A stretch of 64,000 nt of DNA. Source: an uncultured Verrucomicrobiota bacterium. GTDB taxonomy: Bacteria; Verrucomicrobiota; Verrucomicrobiia; Limisphaerales; UBA8199. The notes beneath the pieces were generated by a model. The model was not told the origin of the DNA and searched no databases. It saw nothing but the letters and a program-made list of their open reading frames with translations. The translations under genes were made by a program, and so were the position numbers. This document shows, in pieces, positions 46,710-55,002 of the stretch; the stretch's first letter is position 1; each line of letters begins with the position of its first letter. Location of the stretch: the NCBI GenBank assembly GCA_964448135.1, contig CAYUVH010000017.1, positions 10,094 to 74,093 on the forward strand, given 5' to 3'.

Positions 46710-47694
46710 GCGCCGGCTTCACACCGATCTTGGTCAAAAACTTCTTCAACCGCAGCCAGGCTTCTTCCTCGGTCGTCCTCGTCATGCAGACCGGGTCGGC
46801 GAAGCGGCAATAGTCCGAACAGGGTTTGTAAGGGCACGCTTTGCCTTCGATCCATTCCGAAGCCGGGTGCAGTGGCGCAAACCATTCGGGCACCTGCGGG
46901 CCAAAGATCGTGAACGTGGGCACGCCGCAAAACGCCGCGAGATGGCCGGGGCCGGAGTCGTTGCCGACGAATGCGCTGGAGCGATCGGCCAGTTCCATGA
47001 ATTGGGTTACCGAGCGCGGTGTGGCCAGCGCGGTCTCTCCCACATCGGCCCACCATTCGTGTTGGTCCGGATCGCACGCCACCTGCACGCGATAACCTTC
47101 CTTGCGCAATTGCGCGATGATCGTGCGATAGCGTTCGAGTGGCCAGACGCGCACGGCCTGTCCGGCACCGGTATGCACCAGCACTTCGCCTTCCGGCCGG
47201 GGCGCGGGCATGGCGAGCTTTTCGCGCGGCGGCAAATCGACGTCCAGCGCCTGGGCTACCACGCGCCAATGATCGTAGCGATGCGCCAGCGGTTCGGGCC
47301 GGCCGAGCGGACGGGCCATGACAACTTTGCTGCCCAGCCGCGGAAATCCCATCATCTTGCGGGTTCGCGACATGCGAATCAAAAAGTGGTCGCGCGGATC
47401 CCAGCGGGCCGAGATGCCTACATCGAAACGCTCCGCCATCAGCGCGCGCCACAGCCGGAACATTTCCAGCCACGGCCACCCCAGCAGTTGGTATTTTCTT
47501 TGAAAGGCGGTCCACGGCGCGACGAAGGGCATCACGCGCACGTCCGGCCAGAAGCGGGGTTGCAGGTCCTTCGCGTAGGGTTTGGCCAGCAGGGTGACGT
47601 CGTACTTCCGGCTCGCGGCCTGCAGGAAGGGCGTGGCGATTACGAGGTCGCCGAGACCCCATAACTCAACCACCAGAAGTTTGGGCTTCACCAC
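46696..47694 (-). CDS. Glycosyltransferase family 9 (LPS heptosyltransferase-like)
   Basis: LLVVELWGLGDLVIATPFL and VGNDSGPGHLAAFCGVPTFTIFGP. Confidence 0.85.
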   Translation of the reverse strand: MVKPKLLVVELWGLGDLVIATPFLQAASRKYDVTLLAKPYAKDLQPRFWPDVRVMPFVAPWTAFQRKYQLLGWPWLEMFRLWRALMAERFDVGISARWDPRDHFLIRMSRTRKMMGFPRLGSKVVMARPLGRPEPLAHRYDHWRVVAQALDVDLPPREKLAMPAPRPEGEVLVHTGAGQAVRVWPLERYRTIIAQLRKEGYRVQVACDPDQHEWWADVGETALATPRSVTQFMELADRSSAFVGNDSGPGHLAAFCGVPTFTIFGPQVPEWFAPLHPASEWIEGKACPYKPCSDYCRFADPVCMTRTTEEEAWLRLKKFLTKIGVKPALTAK

Positions 47695-47706
47695 GGGCGG
47701 CGGGGC

Positions 47707-48009
47707 CTAGTCACCGAGCAGCTTTTTGAGCGCCGCCCGCGCCTGGTCTTCCCGCGCGACGCCCTTGCCGGGCGGCGACCATTCGCGGCGGACCATGTCG
47801 AAATACTCGCAGTAATTCGCCATGTGCTTTTCGCCGACGAGGTCCGCGCGGCGTTCCTTGCATTGCTCGGCGATGCGCGGGTCGTAATGAACGCAGTTGA
47901 GGCAGACCTTCAGGTCCGAGCCGCACTGCGGGCAGCACTCCAGCCGCCCGGGGCTGCCCGAGAGCTTGTATTCCGTTCCGCATTTCCAGCAATTCCGGCT
48001 GATCGCCAT
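47707..48009 (-). CDS. Cys-rich zinc-ribbon protein, unknown function
   Basis: CWKCG...CCPQCG...CLNC...C Cys pairs. 100 aa, 12 nt upstream of the GT9 gene. Confidence 0.6.
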   Translation of the reverse strand: MAISRNCWKCGTEYKLSGSPGRLECCPQCGSDLKVCLNCVHYDPRIAEQCKERRADLVGEKHMANYCEYFDMVRREWSPPGKGVAREDQARAALKKLLGD

Positions 48010-48067
48010 GACGGGGATTGTATGCCGTGAGCTTTGGGGTTCAAGCCCGGCGGAGAGACGCTGTCGG

Positions 48068-48231
48068 GGAGGGGCGGATTAGGATTAAGATTACGATTAG
48101 GATCAAGAGTGGGGGGGCATACCCCTTGAAAACCCGGTAACACGGTAACAAACCGCATAAACATTGGCTGAAAGTGATGTGAACCCGGTAACAAACCCGG
48201 TAACAACCTGGTAACAGCCCGGTTACAACGG
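48068..48231 (+). repeat. Dispersed heptamer-array element, copy 3 (GGTAACA variant)
   Basis: GGAGGGGCGGATTAGGATTAAGATTACGATTAGGAT, then GGGGGGGCATACCCC, then five GGTAACA plus one GGTTACA around AAACCGCATAAACATTGGCTGAAAG. Confidence 0.65.
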
Positions 48232-48413
48232 ACGTGCGACGAGCTGGATGGCAGGGCAGCATTGCATCGTGGGGCTTGAAATCTGCGAGTCATGAAGGAT
48301 TATTTACCGAACAACAATCGCGGAATCTGATCCGGAACCATGAAGATCTGCACCTATTGCGGTCGCGAAAACGAAGACCCGGTGGCCCAGTGCCGGCCTG
48401 GATTCACTTGCTG

Positions 48414-48809
48414 ATGAACGACGAAGCAGACAAACAAAAAATCCGCGAAGTCATCGAAACCTGGCTGTGCGCCTCGAAGGTGGGCGACACGGATACTGTC
48501 CTCAGCCTCATGGCGGAGGAAGTGGTGTTTCTGCTGCCGGGCCAGCCGCCTATGCGCGGGCGGGCGGCGTTTGCGGCAGCGTCGCGTTCGATGGCGGGGA
48601 AGTTTCGCGTTGAGGGACGGCCCGACATCCAGGAAATACAAATCGCCGGGGATTTCGCGTTTTGTTGGAATTACCTTTCGATTACGGTGACGGCGCTGCC
48701 GGATGGTCACGTCACCGAGCGCGCGGGAAATATTCTGTCGGTGTTTCGGCGCGAGCCAGATGGGCGCTGGGTGCTTTATCGGGATGCGAACTTGCTGGCG
48801 GCGGCTTGA
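48414..48809 (+). CDS. SnoaL-like/DUF4440 NTF2-fold protein
   Basis: DKQKIREVIETWLCASKVGDTDTVLSLMAEEVVFLLPGQPPMRG...WVLYRDANLL is the typical NTF2-like pattern. ATG 48414 is chosen. Confidence 0.7.
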   Translation: MNDEADKQKIREVIETWLCASKVGDTDTVLSLMAEEVVFLLPGQPPMRGRAAFAAASRSMAGKFRVEGRPDIQEIQIAGDFAFCWNYLSITVTALPDGHVTERAGNILSVFRREPDGRWVLYRDANLLAAA

Positions 48810-48833
48810 GCATCGGAAGAATTGAACAAGAGA

Positions 48834-48875
48834 AAACGGAGAGAACAGAGATTTTGTTCTCCGTTCTCTCCGTTT
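48834..48875 (+). terminator. Hairpin after the SnoaL-like gene (13-bp stem AAACGGAGAGAAC / GTTCTCTCCGTTT)
   Basis: Starts 25 nt after the stop. The 16-nt loop allows alternative pairing. No strong U-tract. Confidence 0.35.
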
Positions 48876-48904
48876 CCTCCTGTTAAATCACGTCCTCGTC
48901 TTTT

Positions 48905-49855
48905 GTGAAACTTGTTATTCTCGACGGTTACACGCTCAATCCGGTCGACCTGAACTGGGACGTGCTCCGCGCGTTGGGGAAGTGCGAGATTCATGATCGC
49001 ACCGCGCCCGGGGATGTGCCGGCGCGGTCGCGGGAGGCGGAATTTCTGTTTACGAACAAGGTCGTGTTGAGCCGCGAGCTCATCTTCGCGGCGAAAAAGT
49101 TGCGCTACATCGGCGTGCTGGCCACCGGGACAAATGTGGTGGACCTCGCGGCTGCCCGGGAGCGTGGGATTCCCGTGACCAATATTCCCGGTTACGGAAC
49201 TCGTTCAGTTGCACAGACGACCTTTGCGCTGCTCCTGGAACTCACCCAGCACGCCGGGCATCACGCGCGCACGGTGAGGGAAGGGCGGTGGAGCAAGAGT
49301 GCGGATTGGTGTTATTGGGATCATCCACTGATCGAACTCGATGGGCTGACCATGGGGATCGTTGGGTTTGGTCGGATCGGTCGGGCGGTGGCGGAATTGG
49401 CGGTCGCGTTTGGGATGAAGGTGTTCGCGTATTCGCCTTCGGCGAAGGCGGCCGCGCCGGGGGTGAATTTTGTGAAACTGGAAACGATTTTTCGCCAGAG
49501 TGACGTGGTGAGTTTGCATTGTCCGTTGACGCCGGAGAACAAGGGACTGATCAATGCGGAGCGGCTGGGTTGGATGAAGCCCACGGCTTTTCTGCTGAAT
49601 ACGAGCCGGGGGTTGTTGGTTGATGAGGGGGCGTTGGCGGCCGCGCTGAATTCGGGTCGGTTGGCGGGGGCGGGATTGGATGTTTTGTCGAGCGAGCCGC
49701 CGCCGGAAAACAATCCATTGCTAACGGCGAAGAATTGCTTGATCACGCCGCACCTGGCGTGGGCCACGCGGGCGGCCCGGGCGAGGTTGATGGAGATTGC
49801 GGTGGAGAATGTAAGGGCGTTTTTGCGGGGGCAGCCGCAGAATGTAGTCAACTAA
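48905..49855 (+). CDS. D-isomer-specific 2-hydroxyacid dehydrogenase (glycerate dehydrogenase-like)
   Basis: NAD motif GIVGFGRIGRAVA, NTSRGLLVDE and TPHLAWAT. GTG start. Confidence 0.85.
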   Translation: MKLVILDGYTLNPVDLNWDVLRALGKCEIHDRTAPGDVPARSREAEFLFTNKVVLSRELIFAAKKLRYIGVLATGTNVVDLAAARERGIPVTNIPGYGTRSVAQTTFALLLELTQHAGHHARTVREGRWSKSADWCYWDHPLIELDGLTMGIVGFGRIGRAVAELAVAFGMKVFAYSPSAKAAAPGVNFVKLETIFRQSDVVSLHCPLTPENKGLINAERLGWMKPTAFLLNTSRGLLVDEGALAAALNSGRLAGAGLDVLSSEPPPENNPLLTAKNCLITPHLAWATRAARARLMEIAVENVRAFLRGQPQNVVN

Positions 49856-49861
49856 GCGCGG

Positions 49862-49944
49862 CTTTTTCTTTGTTTTTCCCCGGCGAGGCTGGGCTTGTCG
49901 GCGAGGTTGGCCGTTTGTCTCGCCGGGGAAAAACAAAGAAAAGG
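49862..49944. repeat. Long inverted repeat (about 25-bp arms, 31-nt loop)
   Basis: CTTTTTCTTTGTTTTTCCCCGGCGAG ... CTCGCCGGGGAAAAACAAAGAAAAGG, located between the dehydrogenase gene and metF. Confidence 0.6.
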
Positions 49945-50125
49945 AGGAGGAAGGTAGGGGCTCGCCATCTACAAATATGTCACCCCTGCCGGGGTTAAGA
50001 CGAAGGCGCCGATTCGCAGGGCCTGCTTAGGATTATTTTTATCTGCTGGTCCCCGACATTTCCCGGTGTTCAAACTTCTCTTTGCAGGCTGGCATTTTGG
50101 CGGTTTTGAGGCATCTTTCACGGCC

Positions 50126-51016
50126 ATGCAACTCGTGCGCGATATTTATGCGGCCAAGTCGGCGGCCCGGAAGCCCGTGATTTCCTTCGAGTTCTTCCCA
50201 CCGAAGACCGACGAAGGCGACCGCAACCTGCTCGAAAAGACCCTGCCCGCGTTGCTGCAAACGAAGCCCGACTACTGCTCGGTCACGTACGGCGCCGGCG
50301 GCAGCACGCGCGACAAGACGCTGATGATCGTGGACCGCATCCAGCGCGACCATAAACTCCCCGCCGTCGCGCACCTCACCTGCGTGAACGCCACGCGCGA
50401 GGAAATCGGCGCGCTGCTGAAGCAGATTCGCGGACTGGGCGTACGAAATGTCCTCGCGCTACGCGGCGATCCGCCGGGTGGCGGCGAGTTCAAGGTCACG
50501 CCGGGCGGCTTCGAATTCTCGAACCAGCTCGTGAAATTCATCCGCGAGCAAAGCGATCTGGGCATTGGCGTCGCCGGTTTTCCCGAGGGGCACATCGCGT
50601 GCAAGGCCGGCAAGCAGGTGGACTGGGGCTTCCTGAAGGAAAAGATCAGCGCGGGCGCGGATTTTGTCCTGACGCAGTTGTTTTTCGACAATGCCGACTT
50701 CTTCGAATTTCGCGATCATTTGACCAAGAAGCTGGGCGTGAATATTCCAATCGTGCCGGGCATCGTGTCCATCCTGAGCGGCTCGCAGATCAAGCGCTTC
50801 ACCGCGATGTGCGGATCGCGGATTCCGGCGTCGCTTGAGGCCAGGCTCAACGAACTCGGCGACAACGACGAAGCCACCGCGAAGTTCGGCATCGAATACG
50901 CGACGAAGCAGTGCGAGGAGCTTTTACGCGCCGGCGTACCGGGGTTGCATTTCTACACGCTGAACAAAGCGCCGGCGACGGTGCAGATTTTGAAAAATCT
51001 CCGGCTGGCTGCTTGA
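50126..51016 (+). CDS. metF: 5,10-methylenetetrahydrofolate reductase
   Basis: ISFEFFPPKT, SVTYGAGGSTR, VAHLTC and FFDNADFF. Confidence 0.9.
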   Translation: MQLVRDIYAAKSAARKPVISFEFFPPKTDEGDRNLLEKTLPALLQTKPDYCSVTYGAGGSTRDKTLMIVDRIQRDHKLPAVAHLTCVNATREEIGALLKQIRGLGVRNVLALRGDPPGGGEFKVTPGGFEFSNQLVKFIREQSDLGIGVAGFPEGHIACKAGKQVDWGFLKEKISAGADFVLTQLFFDNADFFEFRDHLTKKLGVNIPIVPGIVSILSGSQIKRFTAMCGSRIPASLEARLNELGDNDEATAKFGIEYATKQCEELLRAGVPGLHFYTLNKAPATVQILKNLRLAA

Positions 51017-51017
51017 A

Positions 51018-51767
51018 TCAAAGCTGTCCCGGCTTTTTGACCTTCTGCGTTCCGACGTGGTTGTCGAAATACAGATAGTTCCGCGTGGCGCCATGCACGG
51101 CGGTATCAGGCAATTGGGTGTACCACACCATGTAGTCGCGGTTGATGCCGACCTTGTCCACGTCCACGACTGAATAAACCTCGGCGGGCGAGGCTTCGGC
51201 GGCGACCCGGGACATGCGGGCGGGCAATGACAGGGCAGTCTCCATGATACCCGGCGGGTAGCCGAAGGGATTGAACGAGAGCCGGGGATTGCCGGCGTCG
51301 TCCACGAAGAAATTGGTGCTGATGAGGCCGTAACAGATGCGACCGGAGAAATTGGTGTCGTTGTTGATGTAACCGCGCGAGCCGGGGCAGAAGAACACCG
51401 CCGCCTGTCGCAGCTGGGCGTCCGGCTTGGGATAGGACAAATGCTCCGCAAGGTAGTAGGCCAGTTGATAACGATAGCGGTGGGGTGTGGGCTCTTCCTG
51501 GTAATCGGTCCGCAAGCCCGTATAAAGCCCGTAACCGGTACCTTCGCCGGGAGGCAGCAGATCGTTGTTATCGTCCACCCACATCCGCATGGCGGTGCCG
51601 ATCTGATGGAGGTTGGAAATGCAGGCTGTCTGTTGCGCCTTGCGCTTGGCGCGGGATAGCGCCGGCAGCAATAACGCCGCGAGGATCGCGATGATGGCCA
51701 TGACCACCAGCAATTCGATCAAAGTGAAGGCTCCCCGCCCCCTGTGATGCGAATTGGTCCGCCTCAT
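51018..51767 (-). CDS. Prepilin-type N-terminal cleavage/methylation protein of the H-X9-DG type
   Basis: [46 protein letters not shown] and C-terminal YLYFDNHV. Confidence 0.85.
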   Translation of the reverse strand: MRRTNSHHRGRGAFTLIELLVVMAIIAILAALLLPALSRAKRKAQQTACISNLHQIGTAMRMWVDDNNDLLPPGEGTGYGLYTGLRTDYQEEPTPHRYRYQLAYYLAEHLSYPKPDAQLRQAAVFFCPGSRGYINNDTNFSGRICYGLISTNFFVDDAGNPRLSFNPFGYPPGIMETALSLPARMSRVAAEASPAEVYSVVDVDKVGINRDYMVWYTQLPDTAVHGATRNYLYFDNHVGTQKVKKPGQL

Positions 51768-52249
51768 TTCCTTTAATCCGGGATTTTCCGCTTGGTTTGT
51801 TGCCAGCAACCGGCGCAGTTCCTTTCGGTGATACTTTTCCAGTTTCGTGAGTTTGCAAAGTCTTTTTTCCACTACGCTTACGGCCTTTTCCCAACGAGAG
51901 TCACAACGCCTTGGCGCCGTCGGGCGTGGAATTTTTCTAGTCATCGGAATGTGGAAGTCACCTTGGCCCCGTTCCGGGGCGACATCAGCGGATTGATGGA
52001 CCCATTATGCCGCCCCTGAATGGGGCTGCGAGATGTGGCTGCCGATGTTCACTACAATTATTTTAGGCCTGACGGTGTCGAGGTTGGTTGGTCTTCGCTC
52101 ACCATTGTCCGGATTGAAAATCCTGCCTCCCCAGCTATTCTGCTTCCGGAATTACGAATACCCCTGCCACCAAAAAATCGTGGAAGCGCAGATTTCTCCG
52201 CGCGGGAATTCTGCTCGGGTGCCTGCTGCTGCCTTTTGTTGTATGGCGG

Positions 52250-53548
52250 GTGTGGCTGTGGCAGGACATTCAGTCGCGGCTGGCAGCCATCCGGCAGGCG
52301 GGGCTGCCGACCAATGGAAAGGAGCTCAATGATTGGTATGCGGCGGTGCCGGATGCCCGGAATTCCGCGCTCGTCCTTACCCAGGCGTTCGCGAAAATTA
52401 AAATTTACCCCCAGGCCGATCCGCGCGCCAAGTTGGTCCAGGATTTCAAAATTCCTTCCGGCGGCCGGTCGCCTACTGCCGCACAATTGGAGCTGCTGCG
52501 TGACTTTGTTCAAACCAACTCTGCCGCGCTCACGATAGCAGAAGAAGCGCTGAAGCTTCCCGACTGTCGCTACCCCGTGGATTTCTCCTTCCTTGCGCAG
52601 ACCCTGCTGCCGCACCTTGCCGATCTCGATATCCTGGCAAAGGCGTACGCTTTTCGGGCGATGTTGACGCTGGCGTCGCGGGAGCCGCAATCCGCTGACG
52701 CGGACCTCGGGAGGATTTTGGCGTGCGCCCACACGCTGGAGCATGAGCCTTGCGCCATCTCACAGCTTGTGCGGCTGAAAATGTTCCGCCTCGCAGTGCG
52801 GGTGCTGGAGGCCCGTCTCTGTGCCGGCGATCTGAGTGAATCGGAAATTGCCACTTTCGCGGTCGAATTCAATCGCACCTCCGTGACCAACAGTGTCGTG
52901 CGAACCTTGATCGGCGAACGCGCCATGTGGAGCGCGTGCTGGCGGTTGAACCGGGCGGAGGCCATGCGGCTGTTTCCTGCGCGAGCGGATGAAGGAGGTG
53001 AGAACAAGAGCTCACCCCTCCCGGGCAAGGGCCCGCTCATTCTGAAACTCGCGGGTTATTATGACCTCGACCTTGGTCAGTTCCTGCTGACCATGGGCAC
53101 CAACATCACGCTGGCCAGCCATGGGCCGGCGGACCAGCTCCGTGCTGCCGCGTATTTCCGGCGCGTGGCTGAGGGCTCGGAGAAACGCAACCGCGTGCTT
53201 TCCTCCAGCACGCTCTCGCTCTACTCCAGTTTTCTCGTGCGTGGAGTCGAAATGCAGGCGTGGCAACACCTGGTCACGACTGCCCTGGCCATCGAGCGCT
53301 ACCGCAACCGGCAGGGTCGACTGCCGGAGAAGCTGGAGGATCTGACGCCGGACTTCCTGGCCGAAGTCCCGGCGGATCCATTTTTGGAATGGCGGCCGCT
53401 TCAATATGAGGCCAAAGGAAAGAGCTACGTGCTCTACAGTGTTGGCCGCGATCGCAACGACGACGGCGGGCTCGAGGAAGCGGACAAAAAAGAATCGGAG
53501 GACAAGAAAGGCTACGATCTGGTTTTTAAGGTGAATCGCCGGGAATAG
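52250..53548 (+). CDS. Membrane-anchored helical protein with GspG-like C-terminal motif; start unresolved
   Basis: The C-terminus VPADPF...YVLYSVGRDRNDDGG resembles pseudopilin G tails. An in-frame TM helix (GILLGCLLLPFVVW) lies upstream of the first GTG, at 52250. Confidence 0.55.
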   Translation: MWLWQDIQSRLAAIRQAGLPTNGKELNDWYAAVPDARNSALVLTQAFAKIKIYPQADPRAKLVQDFKIPSGGRSPTAAQLELLRDFVQTNSAALTIAEEALKLPDCRYPVDFSFLAQTLLPHLADLDILAKAYAFRAMLTLASREPQSADADLGRILACAHTLEHEPCAISQLVRLKMFRLAVRVLEARLCAGDLSESEIATFAVEFNRTSVTNSVVRTLIGERAMWSACWRLNRAEAMRLFPARADEGGENKSSPLPGKGPLILKLAGYYDLDLGQFLLTMGTNITLASHGPADQLRAAAYFRRVAEGSEKRNRVLSSSTLSLYSSFLVRGVEMQAWQHLVTTALAIERYRNRQGRLPEKLEDLTPDFLAEVPADPFLEWRPLQYEAKGKSYVLYSVGRDRNDDGGLEEADKKESEDKKGYDLVFKVNRRE

Positions 53549-53580
53549 GGACGGGTGAGTGAGAGGCGGGAAAAAGTCAT

Positions 53581-54537
53581 ATGGAGAAGCAATTCGAATT
53601 CGAAAAGCGTGCTGATTTCTCAAGGCTTTTGGGAAAGCAGAAGATCATCGATTTCAGTGTTGATGCGAACGGACACGCGGTCGTGCTGGCGGTCGCACCC
53701 GGGGACGTGAACCTTGCCCAAGGCAGGCGCGAGAGCAAGGGCTTTGCAAGTTTTGCCTTGAGCAAAGCCAGGTCGCATTATCCGGCGACATTCATCCGTT
53801 TCGATGGGCGCGAGGTGCGGCAGCAAACGGTGCTCCACGAGGTGGAAGTGGCGTTTCCTTCGGGCCAGCCTTTGGCGAATGGAGAGATCCTGCTGGTTGG
53901 AGGGCGTTGCGAATTTCGGGACGGAAACCCCGAGCAGAATGCCACGGTCTACGACGGGAATGGACACGCACAGCGACAATTCGTGCTCGGAGACGGTATC
54001 CAGCACACTCAAACCACCGAGGAGGGGTTGATCTGGGTTTCCTATTTTGATGAGGGTGTGTTTGGAAATTATGGCTGGGCGCAACCCATGGGGGCCGCGG
54101 GGCTGAATTGCTTCGACTCCGGAGGCCACATCGTATGGCCCTTTACGCCACCCGACGGGTTCGATTCCATTTGCGATTGTTACGCCATGAATGTGGCAAA
54201 GGATGCGGTTTGGGTTTGTTATTATACCGAATTCCCGCTGGTCAAAATAGACACGCAAAGGCGCACCTCGGGATGGAAAAATGGCATACGAGGAGCGAGT
54301 GCGCTGGCGGTGGGAGACCGTTCCGTGGTCTTGTGGGGCGGTTATGAGGACGAAAAGACAAGATGCGTGGTACAAAATTTCAGTGAGACGGGGCTGGTTG
54401 GCTTGCGAGAGATCAAACTCGGCCTGCCCGATCAGATTCCTTTTCCGGCCGCAAAAGTGATCGGCCGTGGCTCTGCACTGCACGCATTAGTTGGGAATTC
54501 GTGGTTCAGTTTCGACGTTCGGCAGCTTGAGTCTTGA
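53581..54537 (+). CDS. Hypothetical protein (318 aa), beta-rich, no recognisable motif
   Basis: Uninterrupted ORF with an ATG start 32 nt after the preceding gene. No motif recognised. Confidence 0.5.
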   Translation: MEKQFEFEKRADFSRLLGKQKIIDFSVDANGHAVVLAVAPGDVNLAQGRRESKGFASFALSKARSHYPATFIRFDGREVRQQTVLHEVEVAFPSGQPLANGEILLVGGRCEFRDGNPEQNATVYDGNGHAQRQFVLGDGIQHTQTTEEGLIWVSYFDEGVFGNYGWAQPMGAAGLNCFDSGGHIVWPFTPPDGFDSICDCYAMNVAKDAVWVCYYTEFPLVKIDTQRRTSGWKNGIRGASALAVGDRSVVLWGGYEDEKTRCVVQNFSETGLVGLREIKLGLPDQIPFPAAKVIGRGSALHALVGNSWFSFDVRQLES

Positions 54538-54562
54538 TGCAGAAAAACTTCACAAAAAACCA

Positions 54563-54590
54563 TTGACTCCAATTACTACCATGGTAGTAT
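54563..54590 (+). promoter_or_regulatory. Putative promoter (TTGACT-16 nt-TAGTAT) overlapped by a 16-bp perfect palindrome TACTACCATGGTAGTA, likely the BlaI-type operator
   Basis: Hexamers at 54563-54568 and 54585-54590, palindrome at 54574-54589. A second dyad, ATTACCGCAGTAAT, follows. ATG at 54607. Confidence 0.5.
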
Positions 54591-54606
54591 TACCGCAGTA
54601 ATTTAA

Positions 54607-55002
54607 ATGGACATGACTCAAAAAACCAATCTTCACCGGATCGGAGACCTGCAGTTGCGCATCATGAAAGTCCTTTGGTCCCAGCCGCCCGCCACGGTGG
54701 CGGATGTGCATGCCGCCCTCGAAGGGGGACGCGAGCTCGCTTACACGACGGTGGCCACCATGCTTCGCAAGATGGAGGAACGGGGGCTGGTAACTCACGA
54801 GACTGAGGGACGGACTTTCCTATACCGGGCGGCCGTGGAGGAGGCGGCGGTGTCGCAGGGGATGGCGGATCATTTGCTGGACCGGATTTTCGAGGGGAGC
54901 ATGTCGGACATGGTGCGGCATCTCCTGAGCACCCGGGAGGTGAGCCAGGAGGAACTCGCGGCGCTGGAAACACTCATCGCGGAACGCAAAAAACGAAAAT
55001 GA
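54607..55002 (+). CDS. BlaI/MecI/CopY-family transcriptional repressor
   Basis: Winged-helix LQLRIMKVLW...ATVADVHAAL...LAYTTVATMLRKMEERGLV...GRTFLYRA. Confidence 0.85.
   Translation: MDMTQKTNLHRIGDLQLRIMKVLWSQPPATVADVHAALEGGRELAYTTVATMLRKMEERGLVTHETEGRTFLYRAAVEEAAVSQGMADHLLDRIFEGSMSDMVRHLLSTREVSQEELAALETLIAERKKRK

Noticed and set aside
46682-47662. 326-aa ORF in an alternative frame of the GT9 locus, and 46867-47664 on the plus strand.
   Set aside because: Arg/Pro-rich nonsense. The 46696-47694 frame carries the GT9 signature motifs.
49945-50125. SAM or folate-type riboswitch upstream of metF.
   Set aside because: No recognisable SAM-I, SAM-II or THF riboswitch core sequence. Only the long inverted repeat upstream is seen.
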